From assembly GCA_044376115.1 (NCBI GenBank), contig JBILLK010000013.1:160001-224000 (forward strand): DNA of 64,000 nucleotides, read 5' to 3'. Under the pieces are notes generated by a model. That model was not told where the DNA came from. It searched no databases and worked only from the letters and a program-made list of their open reading frames with translations. Positions 7,886-20,380 of this stretch are shown piece by piece (position 1 is the stretch's first letter; each line of letters begins with the position of its first letter). This stretch comes from Polyangiaceae bacterium (GTDB taxonomy: Bacteria; Myxococcota_A; Polyangia; Polyangiales; Polyangiaceae). The position numbers were made by a program, and so were the translations under genes.

Positions 7886-9943
7886 ATGATTAACGCCCCC
7901 TCGAATGACGCCTGGACCACCATCGCCAGCGGAGACCCGGTCGATGTGCGGAGCTTTTCCGTACGTCAACGGATGAACGAGCTCTTCCTGATTGAGCTCG
8001 TGGTCGTCTCGACCAACCTCGATATCGACTTCGACGAGGTGATCGGACAAGACGCCGACTTCGCACTGCAGACCGCGGCCGGCGTCCAACGCTGGAGCGG
8101 TGTCTGCATCGAGATGGCGCAGGAGCGCGTGGAGGAGGCCGGCCTCGCGACCTACCGTATCCAGCTGGCACCCCGCGCTTGGCTGATGACGCAGCGGAAG
8201 AACTACCGAATCTTCCAGTTCGAGTCGGAGCTCGACATCGTGAAGAAGCTGCTCTCCGAGTGGGGTGTCGCGTACGAGACGCGCGTCGGCAGCCACAAGC
8301 CGCGCAAGTTCAGAACGCAATACGGCGAGACGGACTTCGCGTTTTGCAGTCGGCTGCTCGAGGACGCCGGGATCAACTACACGTTCGAGTCGTCCGACGA
8401 CGGCACGAAGATCGTCCTCGACGATGCCCCCGAATCGCGGGAGCTGACCCACCCGCTGCTCCGGTTCCACGACGAGCCCCGCGTCACGGACGGCAGCTTC
8501 ATCACCAAGGTCGGGATCCGCTCGCGAACGCGACCGGGCAAGATGACCATCGGGGACATCGACTATCGCCGCCCGAGCGCAGGACAGCCGCGGCTCGAGG
8601 CAAGCTTCGGGCTCGCGCAAGAGTCGGCTCTCGAGCAGTTCGACCACGAGCCGGGTGCGTTCCTCTACCAAACCGGCGCTGGCGGAACGCCGTTCGCCGA
8701 TGATCGCGGAGCGAGCCGCACCGACGAGTCGGTCGGCGCGCAAAAGACGATGAATCGGCTCCTTGGCAAGCGAGGCGATGCGAAGGTCGTGCGCTTCGAG
8801 TCGGATGTGCTGGCGCTCGAACCGGGTCGCATCCTCACGGTCGTCGACCACCCCCATCGCGCGCTCGAGCCGACCATCAGCCTCCTCGTCGTCGGCGCGT
8901 GCATCGCGGGCGAGCATGCGAGCGCGTGGCGCGTGCAGGTCGAGGCCGTGCGAACCGACGTTCCCTATCGACCGGCCCCCATCACGCCGAAGCCGGTCGT
9001 GCCCGGGCTCGAGAGCGCGACGGTCGTCGGCCCGGGCGGGGAAGAGATCCATACGGACGAGTTCGCACGCGTGAGGGTGCATTTCCACTGGGACAGAGAG
9101 AGCTCGCGCAACGAGTCGAGCTCTTGCTGGGTCCCCACCAATCAGCCTTGGGCCGGCAGAGGGTTCGGTGCGATCAACATGCCTCGCATCGGCCAGGAGG
9201 TGCTGGTCGAGTTCTTGGGCGGGGATCCCGATCGCCCCGTCGTGATTGGACGGGTCTTCACGAGGTCCAATCCAGTTCCGGACAAGCTCCCAAAGTACAA
9301 ACATGTCTCCGGGTTCATGAGTGAGTCGACGCCGCGGCTGGTGATGGGGGCTGCCGGCGACGGAGGTGTCGGAGCCAATAGCGGGCTCTTCGGCGGGACC
9401 CCCATGTCGCCGGAACAGATCCACTCGACGGTCACCCAAGCCGGCCCGTTCCAGGCCGCCTCTCCCACCGGGCAGACGCATGCCTGGAGAGGCAGCGGCC
9501 TCAAGCTCGATGACTTTAGCGGCAGCGAAATCTGCTACATCCAAGCCAACAGAGACCTGCACGTCGTGGTCGCAAACGACTGGAAGTCAGTGGTAGGAAA
9601 CCACCGCACGGCTACGATCGGCACCGATGACATCACCCACGTGAAGGCGAATCAGACGGTCGTCGTCGACGTCGACCAGAAGACGACCGTGACAGGCGAC
9701 GCGATGACCAAGGTCGAGCGCGATCGCTCCGACCAGGTCCTCAAGAAGCACACGATGGAGGTCAACAAGACGATCACCACCGAGTCCAAAGTCGGCAACC
9801 TCACGATCTACGCAAAGGGCGACATCACCTTCGAGTGCGACGAGACCATCGAGCTGAAGGCGCGGCACTCGTTCATCAAGCTGATGCCGACGGAGATCGT
9901 CGTGCAGTCCGCAGACAACAAGGTCGACATCAACCCCGTTTGA
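7886..9943 (+). CDS. vgrG: Type VI secretion spike protein VgrG (complete, 685 aa)
   Basis: TAAGGAG SD; gp27-like N-terminus, QYGETDFAFCSRLLEDAGI, OB-fold MPRIGQEVLVEFLGGDPDRP, gp5-like beta-helix C-terminus. Confidence 0.93.
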   Translation: MINAPSNDAWTTIASGDPVDVRSFSVRQRMNELFLIELVVVSTNLDIDFDEVIGQDADFALQTAAGVQRWSGVCIEMAQERVEEAGLATYRIQLAPRAWLMTQRKNYRIFQFESELDIVKKLLSEWGVAYETRVGSHKPRKFRTQYGETDFAFCSRLLEDAGINYTFESSDDGTKIVLDDAPESRELTHPLLRFHDEPRVTDGSFITKVGIRSRTRPGKMTIGDIDYRRPSAGQPRLEASFGLAQESALEQFDHEPGAFLYQTGAGGTPFADDRGASRTDESVGAQKTMNRLLGKRGDAKVVRFESDVLALEPGRILTVVDHPHRALEPTISLLVVGACIAGEHASAWRVQVEAVRTDVPYRPAPITPKPVVPGLESATVVGPGGEEIHTDEFARVRVHFHWDRESSRNESSSCWVPTNQPWAGRGFGAINMPRIGQEVLVEFLGGDPDRPVVIGRVFTRSNPVPDKLPKYKHVSGFMSESTPRLVMGAAGDGGVGANSGLFGGTPMSPEQIHSTVTQAGPFQAASPTGQTHAWRGSGLKLDDFSGSEICYIQANRDLHVVVANDWKSVVGNHRTATIGTDDITHVKANQTVVVDVDQKTTVTGDAMTKVERDRSDQVLKKHTMEVNKTITTESKVGNLTIYAKGDITFECDETIELKARHSFIKLMPTEIVVQSADNKVDINPV

Positions 9944-9956
9944 CCGCAGGGCCGCT

Positions 9957-10520
9957 TCACCCATCCAGGTCGCGAATCTGGCCCTCGAGCTTGCGTGCGC
10001 CGCGCCGATTGAGCCACACGATGCCTCCTAGCGTCGCCAAGGTGATTGCCAGGACGACCAGGAAGACCGGCCAGCCCTCGGGCTTGGAGATGAAGGCTCC
10101 GCCCAACAAGACAACGAAGCCCGGAATGCTCGGACCGACGTACCAGAGCGGCACGCTGCGCAGGAACTCAAGCTGGCGTTGAAGCTCGCGGCGATGCCAC
10201 GCCACAAGCACCTCCGTAGGCCCGCTGACGGGTGGAGCCACCTCCGCGGCGCGGCCACGCAGACGGATGTTGGCCATCATCACGCCGGTGCCGGCGACGA
10301 GCAGCAACGCACCAGCACGCATCAGGACCGGCTTGTCGCCAAGCGCGTAGACCGCCAGAAACGCAGCTACGCCCAGCCCAGCGATGTACTCACTCGCGTT
10401 GCGTCGTTTGATCGTCGATTGGAACTTCGTGGCTTCGGTCATCAGGACTTGCATGTTCTTCTCCGTTTTCGGGACATCTTGGGATTGCCAGAGTCGTTCG
10501 AGATCATCGGGCGGGGTCAT
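9957..10520 (-). CDS. Membrane anti-sigma-factor-like protein (about 4 TM helices)
   Basis: Translationally coupled to the ECF sigma gene (ATGA overlap); DDLERLWQSQ N-terminus; four hydrophobic segments. Confidence 0.7.
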   Translation of the reverse strand: MTPPDDLERLWQSQDVPKTEKNMQVLMTEATKFQSTIKRRNASEYIAGLGVAAFLAVYALGDKPVLMRAGALLLVAGTGVMMANIRLRGRAAEVAPPVSGPTEVLVAWHRRELQRQLEFLRSVPLWYVGPSIPGFVVLLGGAFISKPEGWPVFLVVLAITLATLGGIVWLNRRGARKLEGQIRDLDG

Positions 10521-11035
10521 GCTTCACCTTCCAGCCGCTGTTTGAGGACAGAGCGGATTCGCGAGAGCTTGGTCGTCACGTTGGTCGGCGAGAGGCCGGT
10601 GACCTCCGCGATTTCGGAGGCCGGCAGCCCCTCGAGCAGTAGCAACACCAGTTGCCGATCCACCGGTTTGAGCGACGCCACGAGCGCCTTTAGTCGCGCG
10701 AGCCGCTGCTGCTGATCGATCACAGCGTCGGCGCGCAGCTCCAGCGAGATGGGCTCGCTCGCGAGGTCGTCGATCGACGTCCAGCGCGTGTGGCGTCGTC
10801 GGCTCCCGCGAACCGAGTGGCTGATCCCAATGTTGTGAGCGATTCGAAACACGAACGTGCGGAGCGAGCTGCGCTCCTCGAAGGTAGGGAGCGCACGGGC
10901 GATGGCGATGAGGATCTCCTGCACGAGGTCCTGCTGTAACGAAGGATCCTGCTCATAGCTGCGCGCCAAACGCTGGAGCGCCGAGCCGTGGAGCTCGATC
11001 ACCTCGTGCAGCCGCGCTTCCGTGTCCTTGACCAT
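10517..11035 (-). CDS. ECF-subfamily sigma-70 factor
   Basis: Region 2 DLVQEI..AI.RALPTFEERSSLRTFVFRIAHN; region 4 LEGLPASEIAEVTGLSPTNVTTKLSR. Confidence 0.92.
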   Translation of the reverse strand: MVKDTEARLHEVIELHGSALQRLARSYEQDPSLQQDLVQEILIAIARALPTFEERSSLRTFVFRIAHNIGISHSVRGSRRRHTRWTSIDDLASEPISLELRADAVIDQQQRLARLKALVASLKPVDRQLVLLLLEGLPASEIAEVTGLSPTNVTTKLSRIRSVLKQRLEGEA

Positions 11036-11047
11036 CGAATGACCCAG

Positions 11048-11076
11048 GTAGTCTGCGGCCAGCTGCGCTTGTCACA
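11048..11076 (-). promoter_or_regulatory. Putative autoregulatory ECF promoter TGTGAC-N17-GACTAC
   Basis: Bipartite motif with 17-nt spacer ending 12 nt upstream of the ECF start codon. Confidence 0.45.
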
Positions 11077-11160
11077 GAAATAGTGATGTCGACCTCCAAT
11101 TCATCGCCGCCGTAGTCAAACAGGGCGATTGATGCGTCCGCGCCGATCTACCATCTGCCC

Positions 11161-11751
11161 GTGGGCGTTGATTTCGCAATCGAGTTCGAGCCGCGGCAAC
11201 CGTCTCTCAGCGAAGTGACGGAAGAGGAGATCGTGCAGCACTATCGCGCCAGCGTCCCTTCGGGGAACCCGCCGCTCTCGGCCATTCGAGAGCACGTGGT
11301 GCGCGCGCTCGCGGTTGCACGTGGGACAGAGCCTGACCCGATCGCAGCGTTGCATAACCGCTTCGTGGACGAGTTTGGTCGCTACCGGATTTGGTTCGAC
11401 GCCGACCTCGAGAAGCTCGCGAAGGAACTCGGCGTCACGCCTTTGCAGCGCTTTCAACGCGACCCGGGAGCCGCGCCCATCGCAGCCGGCGAGTTCGTCT
11501 TCGACAGCCCGGAGGAGGAGCAGGCTTGGCTCGCCGAGCGCGAAAGAGAGCGACAGCGCCACACGGCCGAGCGCGGCCCCGGCTGGAATGCGTGGTGTGC
11601 TCCGGCAGACGGGCTGCGCAGCGTGCGCGCACTCCACGCCGCGATCGCGCCCTCCGCACAGGACCAACGTGCGTGCCTTGCGCTGCTCGAGGAGATGCTC
11701 GCGATCGCCGAACGCGAGCAGCGCCGCTTTCGCGTGCTCGCGTTCTGGTAG
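11161..11751 (+). CDS. Hypothetical protein
   Basis: TACCAT hexamer 6 nt before GTG; GC3-biased clean ORF; no recognisable motif. Confidence 0.65.
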   Translation: MGVDFAIEFEPRQPSLSEVTEEEIVQHYRASVPSGNPPLSAIREHVVRALAVARGTEPDPIAALHNRFVDEFGRYRIWFDADLEKLAKELGVTPLQRFQRDPGAAPIAAGEFVFDSPEEEQAWLAERERERQRHTAERGPGWNAWCAPADGLRSVRALHAAIAPSAQDQRACLALLEEMLAIAEREQRRFRVLAFW

Positions 11752-11770
11752 TGGGGACTGAAGGACGCCG

Positions 11771-12766
11771 CTAGGAACCGTACTCGACCTTGCCGACCTT
11801 CAGATCGAAGTCGGTCGCATTGAGCACTCGCTCGACGTTCTCATTCACGCGCACGCGCACCACCGAGCGTTTGCCAGGAGCGATGTGGGGGATGGCGACG
11901 TCGCCTCCCATCGGTACCCACGCTGCACCAAGCGGGCCCATCACGCCGTCCGCCTCGCGAGGCACGACCTCCAGCTCTAGCCGCGTGATCGCCTTACTGC
12001 CCTGATTGTGGATCACGACCACGAGCTCGGTGGTCTTATCGTGGCGAGTCTCGAGCCGCTCGACAGCGACCAGCGACAGGCCTACCTGCGAACTCCCATC
12101 AAGCTTCGCAGGCGCCTCGGGCAGGGAGTAGCGCCAGTCGAGGTGGTGCTCGAGCGAGGGCTTCCACAGGCCCGCGTCGCGAGCCCCGAGAGCTCCCTCA
12201 CGCGACGCGACGAGCCGCGTGAGTTGGACCTGGGCGCGCGCATACTTGCCAGCGTCCTCGATGCGGACGACGCGGTACCAGCCTTCCTCGTCGCCCTGGA
12301 GTGGATGCGTCCCCTTGGAACTCTCGCGGACAACACCGCGCTCATCGGCGATCCTGACTTCGTAGCTGATCCCCGCGGCGCCCTTGGGGGCTCCGTGAGC
12401 CCAGAGAACGACGTCGCGCCCGCTGCGGACCGCGCGCAGCGTCACCGGTGCGCCGTCCATTCTCGGCGCCGGTGCAGGCCACCTCGGAGTATTGCCGACT
12501 GCCACCGTCTCGAGGTCGCGGAGAGGATCCAGGCCACTGGCCTCGAGCGTTTGCAAGAAGGTGGGGGCACTCGCGGCCTTTGCGCTCGAGGCCTTCGCAG
12601 TGGGAGGAGCTGGCGCCGGGCTGGCTGACAAGGTCGTTTCATGGAGAGCCTGCGAGGTGAGCTCGGACGAGCTGCTATCGACGTCGCAGCCGCTGGCGGC
12701 GACGGCGACCACGAAGGAGAGGACGGACGGGAGGCGCGAGGTCGTAGGCCGGATCTGCATGCCCAT
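11771..12766 (-). CDS. Hypothetical lipoprotein
   Basis: Signal peptide with lipobox-like AASGC, Ala/Pro linker, beta-rich C-terminal domain. Confidence 0.7.
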   Translation of the reverse strand: MGMQIRPTTSRLPSVLSFVVAVAASGCDVDSSSSELTSQALHETTLSASPAPAPPTAKASSAKAASAPTFLQTLEASGLDPLRDLETVAVGNTPRWPAPAPRMDGAPVTLRAVRSGRDVVLWAHGAPKGAAGISYEVRIADERGVVRESSKGTHPLQGDEEGWYRVVRIEDAGKYARAQVQLTRLVASREGALGARDAGLWKPSLEHHLDWRYSLPEAPAKLDGSSQVGLSLVAVERLETRHDKTTELVVVIHNQGSKAITRLELEVVPREADGVMGPLGAAWVPMGGDVAIPHIAPGKRSVVRVRVNENVERVLNATDFDLKVGKVEYGS

Positions 12767-12806
12767 CCTCTACGCCGAGCGTTGCTCCGGCCTGTCCCGA
12801 TAGATC

Positions 12807-13754
12807 GTGCCAACCGCTTACTGGGTGCCGATACTTCGTGCCACCAGGGCTGATAGCTTCTCGTGGGTGCTGATCGCTCGCGCCGAGAAGCGGCTCCGTG
12901 ACGCCTCCCTGCGCCTCGATCTGGCCTTTGCGCCGGACCTGTGGACGAACGTCGTGGTACGGCGCGGGCTCCTGCTCGACACGAGGTTCGTCACTGCCTA
13001 TCGCGGCCCCGCGCGGCCCGGGCACTGCATCTACCTCCTCGCGCGCGGGCGCGTCGAGCTCGACGACGGCACGTCGACGAGCGTTCGCGTCGGCCCGAGC
13101 GCGTGGACGCTGAGCGCCGAGGAGCTCGAGGGCGCAGACGGAAGGCGCGTGCTCAACTTCCGAAACGCTGGCGACCCGTTCGTGGCGTGCGAGGTCCACG
13201 TCCGCTCCGAGGAGCTGCTCGTGCACTCTGCCCGCAGTGCGCAAACGATGATTCTCGACGACGACGTCTGGCTCCGCGTGGAGCGGCTCGCTGCGATGCC
13301 CACGGCGGCCACTGACGACGCTGTCGAGGCCGAGATCTTCAGCTTGATCGACGGGCTTCGCCGCAGTGGGGTGCTCCACGCGCGCGCGGCGGAGCGTGCG
13401 CGGAGCCGCGTGCCGCTCGAGCGGCTGTGGCGCGGGGTGCGGCCGCTCGCCGAGCGCCTCGACGTCGCCGCGACGCTCGATCAGCTTGGGGAGCTGGCTA
13501 GCACGTCGCGTCGCCAACTCGATCGCTATGTGCACGCCTTCTTCGAGCAAGTCCCGCTGGTCGGGGGCGGCTTTCGGTCTGCGACGCTCCACCTCCGCCT
13601 CAAGCTCGCGGTGCTCTTCCTGTCCGCGGAGGGCGTCACCGCCACCGAGGTTGCGGCCCAGATGGGCTACGGAAGCATCGACGCGATGGGCCGAGCCTTT
13701 CGCGACGCTGGTCTGCCGTCTCCCTCCGTCGTGCAGTCCTCGCTGCGGCCCTGA
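12807..13754 (+). CDS. AraC-family transcriptional regulator
   Basis: C-terminal double HTH (LDQLGELASTSRRQLDR...TATEVAAQMGYGSIDAMGRAFRDAGLPSPS), cupin-like N-terminus; start uncertain. Confidence 0.8.
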   Translation: MPTAYWVPILRATRADSFSWVLIARAEKRLRDASLRLDLAFAPDLWTNVVVRRGLLLDTRFVTAYRGPARPGHCIYLLARGRVELDDGTSTSVRVGPSAWTLSAEELEGADGRRVLNFRNAGDPFVACEVHVRSEELLVHSARSAQTMILDDDVWLRVERLAAMPTAATDDAVEAEIFSLIDGLRRSGVLHARAAERARSRVPLERLWRGVRPLAERLDVAATLDQLGELASTSRRQLDRYVHAFFEQVPLVGGGFRSATLHLRLKLAVLFLSAEGVTATEVAAQMGYGSIDAMGRAFRDAGLPSPSVVQSSLRP

Positions 13755-13862
13755 GCTAACCGCAACCCGAGCTTCGCCCACGGAAACCGAAGCGCACGGC
13801 CCTCGCGAAGCGACGCTCTTCCGACGTTGCCACAAGCCAGCGAAAGGACTAGCAGCGAACCC

Positions 13863-14873
13863 ATGAACAAGGTCGTCCTCCCGACTCGCCTCGCCTGGCC
13901 CCTCGTTGCATTCGTCGCCGGGTGCAGCTCGGATCCAGCACCGAAGACCCCGCCCGCCGAGGTGTCGGTGCCGACACCGAGTGCGACGCTCACGACCCAG
14001 CCCACGACTGAGGTGACGGCAACGAGCAGCGCAGCGGCGCCGACGGCCGCACCCTCCGCCGAAGTCACCGCGCCTCCGTTCCAAGAGATGGTCAACGGCG
14101 CTGCGGCCCTCAAGCTCGACGGCGTCCCCACGGGCTCGTTCACAGGCGCACGCGCGTGGGTGCCACGAGGCCACCACCTCGAACCCCAAAACAAGGGAAT
14201 CTCCTTCAGGGAGGTCCAGTGGCTCGCCGTGGACGTCAAGAAGTCGGAGAACGGCTGGGTCTTCTTCGACAACGCCCTCACCAATCAAAAGCGCGCTGAG
14301 GCGGTGCCCGCGTTCTTCGCCCTTCCCACGGCGAAGAAGCTCCCGCCAAAGGGCACGATTGCGCGCTGCGCGGCGTTCGCCGCTCCCGGCACGTTGGCCG
14401 TGGCGGAGCTTGCGACGGGTGCACTGGTCGTCGCTCGCTTCGAGGGGGAGAAGGCCGGTAAACCCGTGTGTACGAGCGAGCTCTACGGGGAGGTCGAGAC
14501 GGCCCCCGATGGGGTTTGGGCCTTCCCGACGAAGCTCGAGCCGGGCGCGGTGGTGGACGTGCAAGAGGGCGGCAAGTCGAAGATGGCCGGGGAGGTCTAT
14601 GGGCTCGCGGGTGACGAAGTCTGGGTTCGGCCGATGGGTTCCGACGCGCGCAACAAATCCGGAGCGCCGCTGGTCAAGGTCAAGAAGGGCGACGTTAAGC
14701 TCGCGCAGCTGTCGCTGACCAAGCCCTGGAAGGTGGGCGACAAGGTGCTGATGGTGTCGGCGGAGGGCCCTTGGGTCGAGGCCGCGATCAGCGACGTCGT
14801 CAAGGATGGCCTGGCCTACCGACTCGACGGGCGAAAGGACATCCGCTACGCCCACCAGGTCGCGAAGAAGTAG
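13863..14873 (+). CDS. Hypothetical lipoprotein with C-terminal SH3/Tudor-like repeats
   Basis: Lipobox VAGC, Pro/Thr linker; WKVGDKVLM..EGPWVEAAI resembles Tudor/agenet barrels. Confidence 0.7.
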   Translation: MNKVVLPTRLAWPLVAFVAGCSSDPAPKTPPAEVSVPTPSATLTTQPTTEVTATSSAAAPTAAPSAEVTAPPFQEMVNGAAALKLDGVPTGSFTGARAWVPRGHHLEPQNKGISFREVQWLAVDVKKSENGWVFFDNALTNQKRAEAVPAFFALPTAKKLPPKGTIARCAAFAAPGTLAVAELATGALVVARFEGEKAGKPVCTSELYGEVETAPDGVWAFPTKLEPGAVVDVQEGGKSKMAGEVYGLAGDEVWVRPMGSDARNKSGAPLVKVKKGDVKLAQLSLTKPWKVGDKVLMVSAEGPWVEAAISDVVKDGLAYRLDGRKDIRYAHQVAKK

Positions 14874-15018
14874 CAGTTGCGACCTCTGCGGCCGTGTGCG
14901 CGCCAATGAAGGTGGCGCATCTCACGGCCGCTTCTTTGTGCGAACCTGCTTGAGCACCTCGCAGGTGAGGTCTTGCACGTCGCTCGTCGGCAGCACGCAG
15001 ATCGAAGGGTGAGGCCGC

Positions 15019-15933
15019 TCAGCCCAGCGAAATCACGCCACCGCTCCACACGATGGCTCGCTCGAGCTCTACGCCGTCCTCGACCCGAGCGCCCGGCAAC
15101 ACCAAACAGCGCCGTAGCGTGGCTCGGCCAACTACCGCCTGCGCGGCGACCACCGTGGCTTCGAGCTGAGCGCCCTCCGCCACGCGCGCCGACGCATCGA
15201 CGTTGCAGCCCGCGTGGGCAGCCTGCGCTGCGGACCGTTCGAGCCAGCCGAGGTTCGCCTCGAGCAGCGCTTGCGGCGAGCCGATGTCGATGAACGGCGC
15301 GTCGCTCAGCAGCGTCTGCACCGTCTCGCCCGCGAGCAAGGCCGGCATCAGGCCGTCGGCCACCAAGCAGCCGGGCGCGACCAGCCGAGCGCGCAAGCGC
15401 TCGGAGAGCACCGCGATGCCGACGTAGTTGGTCCCGAACAGCTCGGGTTGCGCGCTGCGATAGGTCCGCAGGCGCACCACCGCTCCATCAGCGCTTACCC
15501 CGACGGTGCCGTGGCCGGCCGCAAAGCGACCGCTCGTTAGCAATGTGGCCGAGACCGCCTTCGCGCGATGAGCCGCGAGCAGCTCGGCGAGGTCGGGCGC
15601 ACCGAGCATATCGGCGTTCCACAAGAGCACGTCCCCTGCCCCGAGCGCCTGCGCTGCGTTGACCAACGCGCCGCCGGTACCAAGCAACTCCGGCTCATGG
15701 GCGACCTCGACCGCAAGCGACTGACGCGAAAGCCAAGCTACCGAAAAACGCTCGGCGAGATGGTGCGTGTTGATCACGCAGCTGGTGAACCCCGCAGTAA
15801 CCAAATGCGCAAAAACGTGTTCGACCTGCGGGCGGTCATAGACCCACAAGAGCGGCTTCGGTGTCTCGTCGGTGAGCGGGCGTAAGCGCGTGCCGAGCCC
15901 GGCGCACAAGACGAAACAGCGCGTGGACGTCAC
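15019..15933 (-). CDS. NDP-sugar pyrophosphorylase / nucleotidyltransferase (MurU/GMPP-like)
   Basis: LCAGLGTRLRPLTDETPKPLL, EPELLGTGGAL, LWNAD, DIGSP and a short left-handed beta-helix tail; GTGA overlap with the upstream gene. Confidence 0.88.
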   Translation of the reverse strand: MTSTRCFVLCAGLGTRLRPLTDETPKPLLWVYDRPQVEHVFAHLVTAGFTSCVINTHHLAERFSVAWLSRQSLAVEVAHEPELLGTGGALVNAAQALGAGDVLLWNADMLGAPDLAELLAAHRAKAVSATLLTSGRFAAGHGTVGVSADGAVVRLRTYRSAQPELFGTNYVGIAVLSERLRARLVAPGCLVADGLMPALLAGETVQTLLSDAPFIDIGSPQALLEANLGWLERSAAQAAHAGCNVDASARVAEGAQLEATVVAAQAVVGRATLRRCLVLPGARVEDGVELERAIVWSGGVISLG

Positions 15934-16397
15934 TCTTCGCTCTCGGCCACGAATGCGCAGGCGTCGATGGTCTCGGGGTTGGCCAGCGCCGCGCACGGAG
16001 ATTCATCTTGTGCTGCGAGCGAGACCGCCACATCGCAGTCCACCATCTTCTCGACCTTGTCGGTGTGGCACTTGGCCACCTTGGCGATCGCGTCGACACA
16101 ATCGACGACGTCGTCCTCTGCCGGCTCCTCGCTGGTGTTCTCGAGCCCGACCAGGCAGTGATCGCGATAGTACGTGATGCAGTTTTCGACCTGCTGCTCG
16201 GTGACGATGCCGAACGGATTGTCGCTCCCTTCGCATACCGGCGCCGCGGTGCAACGCGCCGCCTCGATCGAGCGACAGGCATCGATGCCCACGGCCTCGG
16301 TGCTGCAACCTGCTGCAGCCCACACGAGCACCGCGCCAAAGGCGCTGGATAGGAGCGAACGCAAGGTTGGGAGCGAGGGACGGACCATAGCGGCCAC
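15930..16397 (-). CDS. Cys-rich hypothetical lipoprotein
   Basis: Lipobox AAGC; DACRSIEAARC...C..YYRDHCLVGL; many Cys. Confidence 0.7.
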   Translation of the reverse strand: MAAMVRPSLPTLRSLLSSAFGAVLVWAAAGCSTEAVGIDACRSIEAARCTAAPVCEGSDNPFGIVTEQQVENCITYYRDHCLVGLENTSEEPAEDDVVDCVDAIAKVAKCHTDKVEKMVDCDVAVSLAAQDESPCAALANPETIDACAFVAESEE

Positions 16398-16466
16398 CTA
16401 CGCAAAGCGCGCGGCTTTGGGCAAGTTTGTTGCGGATCGCGGATGTGGCCGTGGTATCCCGCAGCC

Positions 16467-17477
16467 ATGCTTGCCCGCTTCGCCAGGTTCGGACATGCGC
16501 CCTTGCTGGTCGCTTTCGTCGCCCTTGGCTGCAATGAATCCACCGATTCGACCGACAGCACCGACATCGCTACCGGCGTCCGCGTGGATCCGACCGAGTT
16601 TTTGGGCGCCCTCGCCTGCGCCGAGGGCGCAGCGCGCTCCTACAAAGCCGAGCTGGTCAACGCCGGGACCGAGCAGAGCTTCGCCACGTCGGCGCGCGTC
16701 AGCTGCGGAGCCTCGGTGCTGTTTACGGATCTGGAGCTCGGGGAGCTCTACGGCGCCCGCATCTCGGTCTTCCGCGAGACGGTGGACGAGGCCGCGGGCA
16801 GCCCCGCCTGGGCCACCGAATGCGGCCTTGCGGGCAGCGGCGCAGCCAAAGCCGTGGACGGCGAGCTGGTGACGGTGCGTTCGTGCGAACCGATCGTGCT
16901 CGAGGGTGAAGACCCGACGGTGGTGGTGGATCTGACGTCGCTCGTCGGGGAGATCGGCTGTGACGCGGAGACAGGCGGCATCGCCGAGCTGGACGTCGTT
17001 CCCGAGGAAGGCAACCCCTTGCCCAGCGTGACGGTGGCCTGTGACACGCCGGTCGTGAACTACGGCAGCGGCATCGAGCCGGGCACGGTCTACCGCTTCA
17101 CCATCGCCGCCAAAAACAGCGCCGGCGAGCTGAGCTGGGGCTCCCGTTGTGAGGCCGCTGCGCAGGCCTCGAGCGCGGCCTTCGCCTCTTGTTCGCCGCT
17201 CGCTAGCTCCGGAACCGCCAGTTTCCCCATCCCGGCGTTGCTGGAGGCTGAAAAGCTCGCGTGCGCAGACTTCGACGGCGCGCTGATCGGCGTGCAGAAC
17301 CTGCTCAACCCCAAGCTGGTCCCGTGCTCAGCAGCACCAACCGTCGCGCTGCCTGCCGGGCCCCACAAAGCCTCGGTCAGCCTGCTCAGCGGCGGTCTCC
17401 AAACCGTAAAATTCGCCTGCAACGGTACAGTTTTGCCCGGTTCCCAAGGCGAGCTCACCTGCGTCCGCCAGGACTGA
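16467..17477 (+). CDS. Cys-containing hypothetical lipoprotein
   Basis: Lipobox ALGC after a signal peptide; repeated beta-rich Cys modules. Confidence 0.7.
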   Translation: MLARFARFGHAPLLVAFVALGCNESTDSTDSTDIATGVRVDPTEFLGALACAEGAARSYKAELVNAGTEQSFATSARVSCGASVLFTDLELGELYGARISVFRETVDEAAGSPAWATECGLAGSGAAKAVDGELVTVRSCEPIVLEGEDPTVVVDLTSLVGEIGCDAETGGIAELDVVPEEGNPLPSVTVACDTPVVNYGSGIEPGTVYRFTIAAKNSAGELSWGSRCEAAAQASSAAFASCSPLASSGTASFPIPALLEAEKLACADFDGALIGVQNLLNPKLVPCSAAPTVALPAGPHKASVSLLSGGLQTVKFACNGTVLPGSQGELTCVRQD

Positions 17478-17560
17478 GCCAGGACTGAGCAAAAGCACCG
17501 GTCTCCCAGCCGCTTTAGCTTTGCTCCGCCCACCGACTCGACTAGTTGAGGTCGGGCACG

Positions 17561-20248
<2,688 letters not shown>

Positions 20249-20270
20249 CCGTTCAACCGAGCTCGCAAGC

Positions 20271-20301
20271 AAGCCGGCCGCCCACGCGGTCGGCTTTTTT
20301 T
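20271..20301 (+). terminator. Intrinsic terminator of gyrA
   Basis: AAGCCGGCCGC-CCAC-GCGGTCGGCTT followed by a T-tract. Confidence 0.85.
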
Positions 20302-20380
20302 GCGAAGCGCCCGGGTGACGCCGCTGCTCGAGCCCCTTGTAGCGACGGGCTAGCGGGCCACCGCTATCCTCCACGCAACC

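Noticed and set aside
1..9943. A single contiguous T6SS locus including the cyclase and MYXO-CTERM genes
   Set aside because: Junctions at about 3869 and 6201 mean the neighbourhood cannot be trusted
12675..14906. 743-aa minus-strand ORF (also 17090..18694, 7880..9562, 49648..50913 and similar long antisense ORFs)
   Set aside because: Antisense shadows of genuine genes in high-GC DNA; Arg/Ala/Gly-rich with no motifs
17467..17488. 11-bp tandem duplication GCCAGGACTGA across a stop codon
   Set aside because: Only two copies, no spacer and no nearby mobile element; probably slippage
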